Notes under the pieces: generated by a model
The model's database searches: none
What the model was told of the DNA's origin: nothing
Seen by the model: the letters and a program-made list of their open reading frames with translations, nothing else
Translations under genes and position numbers: made by a program
Shown: in pieces, positions 21,526 to 32,699 of the stretch
How the letters are laid out: the number at the start of each line of letters is the position of its first letter
Position numbering within the stretch: the first letter of the stretch is position 1
From: a candidate division FCPU426 bacterium
GTDB taxonomy: Bacteria; Oederibacteriota; Muellerivitia; Muellerivitales; Muellerivitaceae
Direction of reading: 5' to 3'
NCBI GenBank assembly: GCA_963847625.1
Contig: CAWKAR010000057.1
Location: 1-64,000, forward strand
DNA: 64,000 nucleotides

Positions 21526-21987
21526 TTATTTGAGGTTAGCTCCCCCTTGGCCCGGAGGGGGTTTGATTCCCGGGGGAAGCGGTTGGGGATTCAACTCTGG
21601 GTTTTTGTTGTTATCCCCCTTATCCCCGGGTTTATGGTTTCCAGGCCTTGTGCGCATCACTCCATCCTCGCCATCTTTATATAGCGAGATACTAGTATCC
21701 CCAGCCTTCCCTTTTTTATGGTTCCTATGTTTTGTTCGCATGACGCCATCTTCCCCATCTTTATACTCCGCATGTTTGCGGTTAACCCCATCTTCTCCAT
21801 CTTTATATTCCGGATGTTTTGTGTTTCTCAGGTGCGAGGACACGCCTTTCCCGCCATTTTTTTGGCCCTTATGATGATTCTTGATTAACGTCGTCGGCGC
21901 CGACGCCGTCGCCGGTGTATCAGCCAAAGCCAGCCCCGTCCCGGCTATAAACAGTAAACCCGCCAATACCGCGATAGTCCGTTTCAT
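21526..21987 (-). CDS. Small secreted protein with three YKDGEDG repeats and ELNPQPLPP
   Basis: Signal peptide, RBS, terminator, and a paralog at 37609-38046. Confidence 0.8.
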   Translation of the reverse strand: MKRTIAVLAGLLFIAGTGLALADTPATASAPTTLIKNHHKGQKNGGKGVSSHLRNTKHPEYKDGEDGVNRKHAEYKDGEDGVMRTKHRNHKKGKAGDTSISLYKDGEDGVMRTRPGNHKPGDKGDNNKNPELNPQPLPPGIKPPPGQGGANLK

Positions 21988-22352
21988 GGATCCTGCCTCC
22001 TCGTTTTTTCCTGCGGCGGTTATTCACCGCCGGACTTAAGGTTAAACACCCGATAAAAGTATTCCAAGATCACTTTGATTGCAATACCCCTTAAAGATTC
22101 CCTTATCCAGCCGCCGTTCAAAAGTCCTTCTATTTTTTATGGGCAACACCCCTCGTGCCGGCAGGTAGGTCCCCCTTGCCGGCAGGCAACCTTCAAACAA
22201 CAATTAAAAGCTTATGAATGATCCAGGCAACAGATTTCTCGGGCCGGGAGAAATGGGGGAGGAAGAAACACAATTTACAATGAATAATGAACAATGAAGA
22301 ATTGATAGCTAATCGTTCTCGGAAGAGTTTTCAAGCACGTCATGGAACAATC

Positions 22353-25062
22353 CTATTTCAAAAGAAGGATTCTTTTTATTTTCCGGTTATAAGGCTCGGT
22401 GAGGTACAAGAGATAGACCCCGCTGGCGCAGGGATCGCCATATTTGTTTTTTCCGTCCCATTGGTAGGAAACGGCAATGGGTGCTTCCAAATGCCCCTCG
22501 TCCAGAGTCCGAATGTGTTCACCGGCCGAATTGTAAATCCGCAATGAATAATTGCCTGGATACTTGCAATAGGAAACATAAATCGAAATCGGGCTGTTGG
22601 AAGGGGTAAATTTATTCCCCGAGACATAGAACTCGTCGCAGGACGGAAGGGGGGTGGAAGTCGGTGTGGGAGTGATGGACGGCGTGGGTGTACTAGTGGA
22701 GGACGGCGTGGGGGTCGCGGTAGGTGTCGGTGTTGGGACGACAAGGGCGAATTTCGCCACGAAGGCGTCATTCCCGCCGCCTAAAACCGTCTGATAGGCC
22801 CCGCTGGTCGTGGGGAAATCCGATGATGAAGAAAATCCTGTCACATAAGCGGGCCCTGTCCCATCCAGTGCAATGGCACAGCCCTGATCGTACCCGCTCC
22901 CGCCCAGGTAGGTTGAATAGACCAAGGCGCTTCCTGAGGCGTTCAGTTTCGTTACGAAGGCGTCGTCATTACCCCCGTAAACCGTCTGATAGGCCCCGGC
23001 AGTCGTGGGAAAACCCCCGCCGGCATATCCCGTCACGTATGCGTTTCCGGCCGAATCCACCGCGATGGCATAGCCTTGATCATTGCCACTCCCGCCCAGG
23101 TAGGTCGAATAGGCCAGGGAGTTTCCTGCGGAGTTCAACTCCGCCACAAAGGCGTCACTCGTGCCGCCACCATAAGCGGTCTGGTAGGCACTTGGCGTCG
23201 TGGGAAAACCCCCGTCGGCAAATCCAGTTACATAGGCGTTTCCCGACGAATCCACCGCGATTCCATAGCCAGTATCGTCCCCACTGCCACCCAGGTAGGT
23301 CGAATAGACCAAGTCATTCGCCCCCCCACCCGCCGGATTAAGCTTCGCCACAAAGGCGTCAGTCGTGCCACCACCATAAGCAGTCTGGTAGGCCCCTGCT
23401 GTCGTGGGGAAATTTCCGTTTGTTTGTCCCGTCACATAAGCGTTTCCTGTCCCATCTACCGCGATGCCATACCCGACATCCACTCCGCTTCCCCCCAGAT
23501 AGGTCGAATAAACTAAATCACTCGCCCCCCCCACCCGCCGGATTAAGCTTCGCCACAAAAGAATCGCTTGGAAAGGTACCCCCACCGCCGCCGTAAGCGG
23601 TCTGATAGGCACCGGCAGTCGTGGGGAAGTTGGTGGAACTTGTTTCCCCCGTCACATATATGTTTCCCGAAGCGTCCAGTGCGATGCCTTGACCCGATTC
23701 GCCGTATAACAACCCACTGCCACCCAGGTAAGTCGAATAAACCAAGGAATTTCCCGCGGCATTCAGCTTCGCCACAAAGGCGTTACTCCCGCCGCCACCA
23801 TAAGCGGTCTGATAGGCCCCTGGCGTCGTGGGGAAACCCCCACTGGTGGATCCCACCACATACGCGTTCCCCGACCCATCCACCACGATGGCAGAACCCT
23901 CATCAAAACCATTCCCTCCCAGGTAGGTCGAATAAACCAAAGCGCTTCCGGATGGGTTCAACTTCGTCACGAAAGCATCGCAAGGGATGATTCCCGACCC
24001 GCCCCCAAAAACCGTCTGATAAGCTCCTGGTGTCGTGGGGAAGCCCACTCCGGCAAGTCCCGTCACATAGGCGCTCCCGTTCAGATCCACGGCAATGCCA
24101 AAACCGTCATCGACATGGGCGCCGCCCAGGTAAGTCGAATAAACGAGGGTTGGGTCAATCACCAGGGGACAGGTCTTGTCATAGGTGCCCAGCTCGAACC
24201 CGATCTTGTGGCCGCCCCGCGCAACATAACGGCCTTCCACAATTGTTTTCCGGATTGTCCATTGTCCATTTTCAATTTTTTCTTTTTCTTGGTAAATCCC
24301 GGGAGACTTGAACACCACATTCCCGCCCGGTGCTTTTAGGACAAGGTTTCCTTGCTCGTCCACTTTTGCTTCATTCGCGCCCTCATACGTCAACTGGATG
24401 GCGCTTGGATCGGCACCCGGATTCACTACGAAGTCGTATTCCAATTGGCCATGACCCCCGCCCTGAGCACCGTCGAACGGGTTGCCGTAATACACCATGT
24501 CGATGCCGGGATAGACGTTTTCGGCCTTCACCTTCGCGTACAGGGGAACTTTCGTCCGCCATTTCGAGGGGTCGTTGCCGATGAAGTAATTGGCGGTTCC
24601 TTCCATCTTTTCCCCGCCGGTCCATTCGGCCTTGGGGTCGGCGCCCTGCAGCCTCAATCGCAAAACATCTTGAGAACCAGTTAGGAGTGAGGAGTTAGGA
24701 ATTTGGAATTTATGGCCAAGTCTTCCAGTTTTGGGCGAAATATCTTTAGACCCGCCTCGCTTTAACACAAACACCGCTTCCCGGGGGGTGATGAAAAGGG
24801 TGTAGCCGCTTCCCCGCGAGAGGAACCTCACCTGGGGATCGGTTTGGCCTTCGTTGGCCTCGAAGTAAAGGGGAAGCTTGCCGTAGGCCTGGTTGATCTG
24901 GAGTTGATTGGCGGTAGGCGCTCCGGTGGGCTGAGGATGAACGGTAGATTGGTTCCTGTGATGGGGGACCGGACGGATAACTCCCAGGCAGAAATATATA
25001 GCCGTGCCAAAAACCAAAAGGCCAATGACATTGCCATATCGGTTGGTTTTCAAACCAATCAT
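22353..25062 (-). CDS. SBBP beta-propeller repeat surface protein with T/P linker and FlgD-Ig-like C-terminal domain; +1 indel in the C8 run at about 23525-23532
   Basis: [12 protein letters not shown]-domain and YSTYLGG/GIAVD..GNAYVTG repeats. Removing one base joins the ORFs 23518..25191 and 22353..23612. Confidence 0.85.
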
Positions 25063-25082
25063 AGGATATTGACTCCGAATGT

Positions 25083-27830
25083 TTACTTTAACAGAAGGAT
25101 TCTTTTTATTTTCCGGTTGTAAGGCTCGGTGAGATAGAAGAGATAGACCCCGCTGGCGCAGGGGTCGCCATATTTGTTTTTTCCGTCCCAATGGTAAGAA
25201 GCGGATATCGGGGCTTCCAAATGCCGCTCATCCAGGGTTTTGATGTGTTCCCCGGCCGAATTGTAAATCCTCAAGGAATAGTTGCCCGGGTACTGGCAAT
25301 AGGAAACATAGATGGAAACCGGCCCATTGGTGGGCGGGAAAGCATTTTTAGATACGTAGAACTCGTCGCAGGACGGAAGGGGCGTGGAAGTCGGTGTGGG
25401 AGTGATGGACGGCGTGGGGGTATGGGTGTTGGTAGGCGTCGGAGTGACGGTCGGCGTGTTGGTGGGCGTTGGGGTCATGGTGAATGTCGGGGTGTTCGTG
25501 GGCGTGTTCGTGACCGTAAAGGTTAAGGTCATGGTGGGGGTATGGGTGGCGGTCGGGGTCAGGCTCATGGTTGGCGTGGGAGAAGGGGTGGAATTATTGG
25601 TGACGGCCGCGTCAAACTTGGCCACAAAAGCGTCATAGACGCCTCCATAGGCCGTTTGGTAGGCCCCGCCGGTCGTGGGAAAACCCTGTTGGGACCATCC
25701 CGAAACATAAGCGGCCCCCGACGGGTCCACCGCGGTGCTCCAACCGACATCGCTACCGCTCCCGCCCAGGTAGGTGGAATAAACCAAATCGCCCGCCCCC
25801 CCACCCGCCGGGTTTAGTATGGTAAAAAAGGCATCGACATCACCGCCAAAAATCGGCTGGTATGCCCCGCTGGTCGTGGGTAAAGTCCCCTGGGTCCATC
25901 CCGTCACATAAGCGTTGCCCGGCCCGTCCACCGCGATGCCATAGCCTTCAACGCTTTTGGCGCCTCCCAGGTAAGTCGAATAGATGAGAGTGCTTCCCGA
26001 GGCATCCAGCTTCGACACAAAAGCGTTCTGGCTGCCCCCCCAAGCAGTCTGGTAAGCCCCGCTGGTCGTGGGGAAACTCCCCTCGGTCCACCCTGTCACA
26101 TAAGCCTCACCCGACCCGTCCACCGCGATGCTATAGGCCTCACTGTCGCTTCCACCTAAGAAAGTGGAAAAGACGAGGGAAGATCCCGCCGCGTCCAGCT
26201 CCGTCACAAAGGCGTCTTCAACCCCCCCAAAAGCCGTCTGGACCGCCCCGCTGGTCGTGGGAAAATCTGCGGAATCGGTATATCCCGCCACATAAGCGTT
26301 GCCCGATCCATTCAATGCGAGGCCAAGGCTATGATCAACATTACTCCCGCCCAGATAGGTGGAATAAAGCAGGGCGCTTCCCGAGGCGTTCAGCTTCGAC
26401 ACAAAAGCGTCAAAATAGCCCCCTCCAAAAGCCGTCTGATATGCCCCGCTGGTCGTGGGTAATCCCCCGGCAGTCGATCCCGCCACGTAAGCGTTTCCCG
26501 ACCCGTCCACCGCAATGCCGGATCCCTGGACACCGCCGTTCCCGCCCAGGTAGGTCGAATAGACCAGGGAAGAGCCCGTCGCGTCCAGCTTCGACACGAA
26601 AGCGCTGCCGCTTATTCCCACGCCGGCGTAAACCGTTTGATAGGCCCCGCCGGTGGTGGGGTAATTACTGGAATCGGTGTTGCCCGTCACGTAAGCGCTG
26701 CCCGACCCGTCCACCGCGACGCTAAAACCATAATCGTCGCCGCTCCCGCCCAGGTAGGTCGAATAGACCAGGGAAGAGCCCGTCGCATCCAGCTTCGACA
26801 CGTAGGCATCTTCATTGTTGCCAAAAACCGTCTGGAATGCCCCACCGGTTGTGGGGAAACTCCCTTCAGTCCACCCTGTCACACAAGCCTCCCCTGACCC
26901 ATCCACCGCAATGCCCATGCCTTCTTCCCAGTTGCTTCCACCCAGGTAGGTCGAGTAATCCAATGCCGGGTCGATCACCAGGGAAAGGGTTTTTACGTAG
27001 TTTCCGGTCTCAAATCCAATTTTCCCATCCGCCCGGACCTTGTAGGCGCCGTCTATTTTGGTTTTTTCCGCGCCTCGTTCCTGGTAAACAACCGGGGCTT
27101 TGAAAGCCACTTCCCCTTGGGCCAGGTGAAACACCAGGTTTCCCTGTCCGTCCACTTCCGCGTTTTTGGCGCCCTCGTAGCCGAGGCCAATGGCGCCCGG
27201 GTCCGCGCCCGGCTTTACGATGAAGTCGTATTCCAGTTTTCCCCGCGCCCCGTAATACACCATGTCGATTCCGGGATAGACTTCCTTTATCCCCACTTTG
27301 CCGTAGTTGGGAATGTTAGTGCGCCATTTGGAATGGTCATTCCCGATGAAGTAATGGCTCTTCCCCCCCGCCTCTTCCATCCCCGCGAATTCAGCCTTGC
27401 GGTTGCCGCCTTCGAGTCGTATGCGCAAAACATCCGGGGGATTAGTTTGGAGTGAGGAGCCCTTCGATGCACTTCGTTTACTCAGGGTGGGTTGCCGGGG
27501 TGAATGATTAGCATCACCACGTTTCAGCACGAACACAGCCTCGGCGGGTGTCAGAAAAAGGTTGTATCCGCCGCCCCGTGCGAGGAACCTCACCTGGGGA
27601 TCGGTTTGGCCCTCGTTGGGCTCGAAGCAAAGGGGAATATGTCCGTAATTTTGATTAATTTTTAGTTGTGCGATCTGATTTGGCTGGGAAACTTTTGAGG
27701 AAACGTTTGATTTTTTTGGAGAGGAATTGTTATGGGTTGCAGAAACCAAACCCATTCCAAAAACAGCGATGACGCAGGTAAATAAACCGGCGTTCAAAAG
27801 CTTCATGCGATTTTTGGATAGTTTCGGCAT
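25083..27830 (-). CDS. SBBP beta-propeller repeat surface protein with FlgD-Ig-like C-terminal domain
   Basis: Same architecture as the neighbouring paralogs. Confidence 0.88.
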   Translation of the reverse strand: MPKLSKNRMKLLNAGLFTCVIAVFGMGLVSATHNNSSPKKSNVSSKVSQPNQIAQLKINQNYGHIPLCFEPNEGQTDPQVRFLARGGGYNLFLTPAEAVFVLKRGDANHSPRQPTLSKRSASKGSSLQTNPPDVLRIRLEGGNRKAEFAGMEEAGGKSHYFIGNDHSKWRTNIPNYGKVGIKEVYPGIDMVYYGARGKLEYDFIVKPGADPGAIGLGYEGAKNAEVDGQGNLVFHLAQGEVAFKAPVVYQERGAEKTKIDGAYKVRADGKIGFETGNYVKTLSLVIDPALDYSTYLGGSNWEEGMGIAVDGSGEACVTGWTEGSFPTTGGAFQTVFGNNEDAYVSKLDATGSSLVYSTYLGGSGDDYGFSVAVDGSGSAYVTGNTDSSNYPTTGGAYQTVYAGVGISGSAFVSKLDATGSSLVYSTYLGGNGGVQGSGIAVDGSGNAYVAGSTAGGLPTTSGAYQTAFGGGYFDAFVSKLNASGSALLYSTYLGGSNVDHSLGLALNGSGNAYVAGYTDSADFPTTSGAVQTAFGGVEDAFVTELDAAGSSLVFSTFLGGSDSEAYSIAVDGSGEAYVTGWTEGSFPTTSGAYQTAWGGSQNAFVSKLDASGSTLIYSTYLGGAKSVEGYGIAVDGPGNAYVTGWTQGTLPTTSGAYQPIFGGDVDAFFTILNPAGGGAGDLVYSTYLGGSGSDVGWSTAVDPSGAAYVSGWSQQGFPTTGGAYQTAYGGVYDAFVAKFDAAVTNNSTPSPTPTMSLTPTATHTPTMTLTFTVTNTPTNTPTFTMTPTPTNTPTVTPTPTNTHTPTPSITPTPTSTPLPSCDEFYVSKNAFPPTNGPVSIYVSYCQYPGNYSLRIYNSAGEHIKTLDERHLEAPISASYHWDGKNKYGDPCASGVYLFYLTEPYNRKIKRILLLK

Positions 27831-27868
27831 GATTTTTCCTTTGTCTAATTATATCCCAAAGGGAGTTT

Positions 27869-30670
27869 TTACTTTAACAGAAAGATTCTTTTTATCTTCC
27901 GGTTATAAGGCTCGGTGAGGTACAAGATATAGACTCCGCTCGCGCAAGAGTCGCCATATTTGTTTTTCCCGTCCCAAAGGTATGAAGCGGCAATCGGCGC
28001 TTCCAAATGCCGCTCATCCAGGGTTTTGATATGTTCCCCGGCCGAATTGTAAATCCTCAAGGAATAGTTGCCCGGGTATTGGCAGTAGGAAACATAGATT
28101 GAGACTGGGCCGTTGTCCGGGGAAAATTCGTTTTCCGAGACGAAGAAATCGTCGCAGGACGGAAGGGGCGTGGAAGTAAGCGTTGGCGTGATGGTTGGTG
28201 TGGGGGAGGTGGTTAGGGTCGGGGAATTCGTCGGCGTCGGGCTGTATGTCGCCGTTGGAGTATTGGTGGCGGTGAAGGTGTTCGTCAGCGTCATTGTTGG
28301 CGAGAGGGTCTGGGTAGGCGTGGGGCTTGGAGTCAAGGTGGGACTATTTGTGGGAGTGGATGTGGGAGTCGCTGTTGGTACAGCGTAGGTGAATTTTGTC
28401 ACAAAGGCGTCTTCGCCGCTGGTGAATATCGTCTGGTAAGCCCCCGAGGTGGTTGGAAAGTCCGTGGAAAAGCTGTTCCCGGCCACGTAAAAATTGCCGG
28501 CGGGGTCGAGGGCGATGGCCTCCCCCACGTCCAGGTTGTTTCCCCCCAAGTAGGTGGAATAGATGAGATTGGAACCCGAGGAATTCAAGACCGCCACCAT
28601 CGCGTTGATAGGCCCATTGAGGGCCGGCTGAAAGGCATTGGGAGTCACGGGAAAATTGGGGGACCGGGTTTCACCCATGATATAGGCGTCACCGCTTGGG
28701 TCCAAGGCGATGCCGGAGCCAAATTCGAGAGCGGATCCGCCCAAATAAGTTGAGTAAACCAACCCGGTCCCCGAAGGGTTCAGTTTGGCCACGAAAGCGT
28801 CCCCGCCCCCCCCATAGGCGGTCTGGTAGGCGCCTGCCGTGGTGGGAAAAATAGCGGAGAGCGTATAGCCCGTTACATAGGCGTCTCCGGCTTGGTCCAC
28901 CGCGACCCCCCTTCCCGTATCCTGACCCCCGCCTCCGTTGCTCCCGGCCAAAAAAGTCGAATAGATCAAATCCGCCGTTCCCAGCCCCTTTAGCCTCAAC
29001 TTGGAGATGAAAATACTTTGAGAAGCCGGCAAGAGGGTCAGGAACGCGCCGGGAGTAACGGGGAAATTTGCCGAAAAGGTATAGCCGGTGATATAGGCGT
29101 TGTTTTGACTGTCCAAAGCGATCGCCTCGGCTTCTTCACCCGTTGATCCCGCCAAGTAGGTGGAATAGAGAAGGGTGCTGGCTGCGGGGTTAAGTTCACA
29201 GACAATCACATGCGGCAGGGCGGGCCCTGTGGGGTTGGTGGGCTGGTAACAGCCGGGGGTCGTGGGAAAGCTCGCGGCATAGCTTTCGCCCGTCACATAG
29301 GCGTCACCGCTCGCGTCAACCGCGATGCCAAAACCTTCCCCATCCGTGCCCAAATAGGTGGAATAAAGAAGAGTGCTTCCGGTCGGGTCCAGCTTGGAAA
29401 CAAAGGGGGTTAAGAAACCAACCGTGGCGGTGGTCTGGTAAACGCCCGGGGTCACGGGAAAATCCCCGTCGGTTCTCCCGGCGATATAGGCGTTCCCAGC
29501 CGAATCCAAAGCGATGGCAAAACCCGTGGCATTCACCGACCCGCCCAGATAGGTGGAATACAACAACGCCGACCCGCTCGGATCAAATTTGGCCACAATG
29601 GCGCAAACGGTGTTAATGACGCCGCCAGTTGGCGTGGGTTCGAACGACCCGGGAGTTGTTGGGAAATTGGTGCAGCTGGTGTCCCCCGTCACATAAGCGT
29701 CTCCGCTCGCGTCCACGGCAATCCCAAAGCATTCATTGACCTGTCCGAACTGGTTGCCCCCCAGCAGGGTGGAATAATCCAGGACCGGGTCGATCACTAG
29801 GGCCTTGGTGCGGTCGTATTCCTTCACCTCAAAACCCACTCGGTTCCCTTCCTCCAGCTTGTAACGGCCCTCCCGGGGGATTTTTTGCCCCTGGTCTTCC
29901 TGATAAACCGCGGGTGCTCGAAAAACAACTGTTCCCTGGCCCGTCCGCAGTTCCATATCTCCTTGTTCGTTCATCCGAACATGCTGCGCCCCATCGACTT
30001 TCATGTGGATGGCCTGGGGGTCACTTCCCGGTTGCGCCACAAAATCGAATTCCAGCTGACCCTGGCCCTTGCCCTGAGCACCGTCGGACGGGGTCCCGTA
30101 ATACACCATGTCAATGCCGGGATATACCTCCTTCATCTTCACCTTGGCGTAATTGGGAATGTTGGTATGCCACTTGGTAGGGTCATTGCCGATGAAGTAA
30201 TTGCTTTTCCCCTCCGCCTCTTCCATCCCCTCGAATTCCGCTAAACGATTCCCGCCTTCAATTCTTAATCGCAATACATCCGGTTTTATCGATTTAAAGG
30301 ATTCTTTAGGAATCATGCCTTTAGCTGGGCCTCTGAGTCTCTGTGGTGAAAGTTTTCCTTCACCCCATTTGAGGACAAACACCGCTTCGGCAGGTGTTAT
30401 ATAAAGAGAATAACCGATTCCCCTGGCGATAAACCTGACTTGGGGATCCACCTGGCCCTGGTTGGCCTCGAAGTAAAGGGGCAATTTGCCATAGGCCTGG
30501 TTGATTTGAAGTTTGCCGGCAGGAGATGCTTGGCTGCAGTAAGTATGTAGAGGAGGTTGTATCTTGGCGCGGGGGCTTGGGTTGGTGGTTCCCAGGCAGA
30601 AATAAAAAGCGGTTCCAAAGACCGAAAGTCCAATAATGTTTCTATATAGAAAGGGGTATTTAGCTTTCAT
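27869..30670 (-). CDS. SBBP beta-propeller repeat surface protein with FlgD-Ig-like C-terminal domain
   Basis: Same architecture as the neighbouring paralogs. Confidence 0.88.
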   Translation of the reverse strand: MKAKYPFLYRNIIGLSVFGTAFYFCLGTTNPSPRAKIQPPLHTYCSQASPAGKLQINQAYGKLPLYFEANQGQVDPQVRFIARGIGYSLYITPAEAVFVLKWGEGKLSPQRLRGPAKGMIPKESFKSIKPDVLRLRIEGGNRLAEFEGMEEAEGKSNYFIGNDPTKWHTNIPNYAKVKMKEVYPGIDMVYYGTPSDGAQGKGQGQLEFDFVAQPGSDPQAIHMKVDGAQHVRMNEQGDMELRTGQGTVVFRAPAVYQEDQGQKIPREGRYKLEEGNRVGFEVKEYDRTKALVIDPVLDYSTLLGGNQFGQVNECFGIAVDASGDAYVTGDTSCTNFPTTPGSFEPTPTGGVINTVCAIVAKFDPSGSALLYSTYLGGSVNATGFAIALDSAGNAYIAGRTDGDFPVTPGVYQTTATVGFLTPFVSKLDPTGSTLLYSTYLGTDGEGFGIAVDASGDAYVTGESYAASFPTTPGCYQPTNPTGPALPHVIVCELNPAASTLLYSTYLAGSTGEEAEAIALDSQNNAYITGYTFSANFPVTPGAFLTLLPASQSIFISKLRLKGLGTADLIYSTFLAGSNGGGGQDTGRGVAVDQAGDAYVTGYTLSAIFPTTAGAYQTAYGGGGDAFVAKLNPSGTGLVYSTYLGGSALEFGSGIALDPSGDAYIMGETRSPNFPVTPNAFQPALNGPINAMVAVLNSSGSNLIYSTYLGGNNLDVGEAIALDPAGNFYVAGNSFSTDFPTTSGAYQTIFTSGEDAFVTKFTYAVPTATPTSTPTNSPTLTPSPTPTQTLSPTMTLTNTFTATNTPTATYSPTPTNSPTLTTSPTPTITPTLTSTPLPSCDDFFVSENEFSPDNGPVSIYVSYCQYPGNYSLRIYNSAGEHIKTLDERHLEAPIAASYLWDGKNKYGDSCASGVYILYLTEPYNRKIKRIFLLK

Positions 30671-30999
30671 GCTCAGTTCTTAAGCGGTTGGTATGGTTTA
30701 TAGCTGGATTTCCTTAGTCGTGCCCGGCAAGGCTCCTATGGGAATCCATGGGTGAAATTATACCGCTTCTTTTAGCCCCACCTGACTCAATACACCATTT
30801 GTAGTCCTAACTATGGCGGTAGTAGGAGGAAAGCCATGGGTCTTCGCGGAAGAAATTGGGGATAGGAAAGTTTTAATTTTTAAGATGTTTTGCATTCAAT
30901 TTGAATGATTCATCCAGGGACAAGAAGGTAAGAATTTTTGAATTTTTTTTCAAGCACGATCCCTATTTCTAAAGTGTGTGGGCCTGGACCCCTTTTTCT

Positions 31000-31259
31000 T
31001 CAGACTCGTTGCCGTTGCTTCCGTATTTGTCTTTTACAGCATCGTAGGCGAAATCAAAATCGATGCCGGAGGCTATCTTTCGCAGAGGATGGTGGGGCCG
31101 CACCCGTTTTTCCATATTAACGTTCGTGAAGAACAGATTGCCTTGAGGCTCAGGCTGTATTCCCATCATGGGTGAGGCTCCTCTGAAATTGAGATTTTTA
31201 CCGTCTGTTCTCCCTTTAATTCTTTCGAGAATTTATTCAAGTGATTTGGGCAACAGCCC
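31000..31259 (-). mobile_element. Truncated IS remnant (IS1182/IS5-like transposase N-terminus plus left end)
   Basis: MMG..Q..LF...VRPHHPLRKI..IDFDF.YD.V...Y..NG.ES; end-like sequence GGGCTGTTGCCCAAA at 31259-31245. Confidence 0.7.
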
Positions 31260-31445
31260 GTGTAGGCCTGGCCACTTTTCCTGTTGAAAGCTTAATGGGA
31301 GTTCGGTATGCGGAGCGAAGAGCCTGGCCCTTGATTTTTTCTCATCATTTTGGTTTACCTTCCTTGGCAAGGTGTTATTATTTTAAAAATAACAGGGGAG
31401 CGGTGGTTCCTATTGAGGCCGCTACATTAAATTTTGGAGGGATTG

Positions 31446-32450
31446 ATGAGATATTTATTACTGCTTCCGATTCTTTTGCTTTTCGCCATCCTGCCTGTTT
31501 CCTGCGGCTCCAGTAGCAGCCCCAATTCGCCCCCTCCCGCCGCCACCCATACGCCCACTTCCTCGCCCACCATCACCACCTCCCCGACCATTACCAGTAC
31601 TCCTATACCCGGCCACGCCTTCGACACCAGCTGGTCCCTTCTGGGCACTGATATATTGGGCATCGCCGTTTACGGCACCACCCTGTACGCCGTGGACGGG
31701 GGAAATGGGATCGTCACGACCACCAATCTGACAGGCGGAAATCCTGCCACCTTCGCCACCAGCCTGCCGGGCGGTTTTGGGGTAGCGGTGGACACCTCAG
31801 GCAACGTTTACGTCACTGACGCCGTTTCCAAGCTTTACAAATATAATTCCTCCGGGATAAATCTCTTGGGAACCTTCGGCACCGGCACGGCGGGAAACTC
31901 GAGCAGCCAATTGAATGCCCCGCAGGGCTTGGACGTGGATTCGAGCGGCAACGTCTACATTGCCGACACGAACAACAACCGTATCGTGAAGCTGGACTCC
32001 AGTTTGGCTTTTTCAGCCGCCTTCACGACCGCCTTTGCGACCGGTTTTTTACTCCCTTACGACGTCAAGGTTTCCGGAAGCAACATCTATGTTTTGGACT
32101 CGGGACGGAACCGGGTCGTGGAATTGGACGGGAGCGGGACACCCGTCACCCAATGGGGTAGTTACGGGAACACGGGCAATGGAACCTTTCACACCCCCGA
32201 ATTCCTGGCCGTCGACCACAACACTGGTAATGTCTACGTGTCGGACTCCGTTAATTTCAGGATTGAGCTTTTCGACCCGAACGGGACCTATTTGACCCAA
32301 TGGGGCGGAGCCGGCACGGGAAACAGCCAATTCGGCGGCAATACCACCATTGATTCCCCGAGGGGACTCGCGGTGGATTCCACGGGCAAGATATATGCCG
32401 TTGACGCCATCAATTTGGCCATCGGCACCATCAAGGTCTTCGGACCCTAG
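31446..32450 (+). CDS. NHL-repeat beta-propeller lipoprotein
   Basis: LPVSC lipobox, T/P linker, PQGLDVDSSGNVYIADTNNNRI repeats. Confidence 0.88.
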   Translation: MRYLLLLPILLLFAILPVSCGSSSSPNSPPPAATHTPTSSPTITTSPTITSTPIPGHAFDTSWSLLGTDILGIAVYGTTLYAVDGGNGIVTTTNLTGGNPATFATSLPGGFGVAVDTSGNVYVTDAVSKLYKYNSSGINLLGTFGTGTAGNSSSQLNAPQGLDVDSSGNVYIADTNNNRIVKLDSSLAFSAAFTTAFATGFLLPYDVKVSGSNIYVLDSGRNRVVELDGSGTPVTQWGSYGNTGNGTFHTPEFLAVDHNTGNVYVSDSVNFRIELFDPNGTYLTQWGGAGTGNSQFGGNTTIDSPRGLAVDSTGKIYAVDAINLAIGTIKVFGP

Positions 32451-32699
32451 TGCCGTTTTCCGCAGCAATCCCAATTCCTGTTGTTCCCTGAAAGGCTAGA
32501 AAGGTAGTAGGGCAATAATGGTTCTTCGCGGAAGAAATTGGGGGGGGGTAGAAGTTTTTATTCTATAGATATTTCTCAGTCAATTCCTAATTGCTAATTC
32601 CTCATTCCTAATTTTGTTTTTTCGGAGGATGTATCTTTCGCAAAAGGTTCGAGGAATTATAAAAAATTTTAATGTAGGCCGCCCTATGTTCGCGTTTTC

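Noticed and set aside
30815..30822. ops-like GGCGGTAG
   Set aside because: It is on the wrong strand for the adjacent long operon and is not conserved in the 35747 copy; it is part of the junction repeat.
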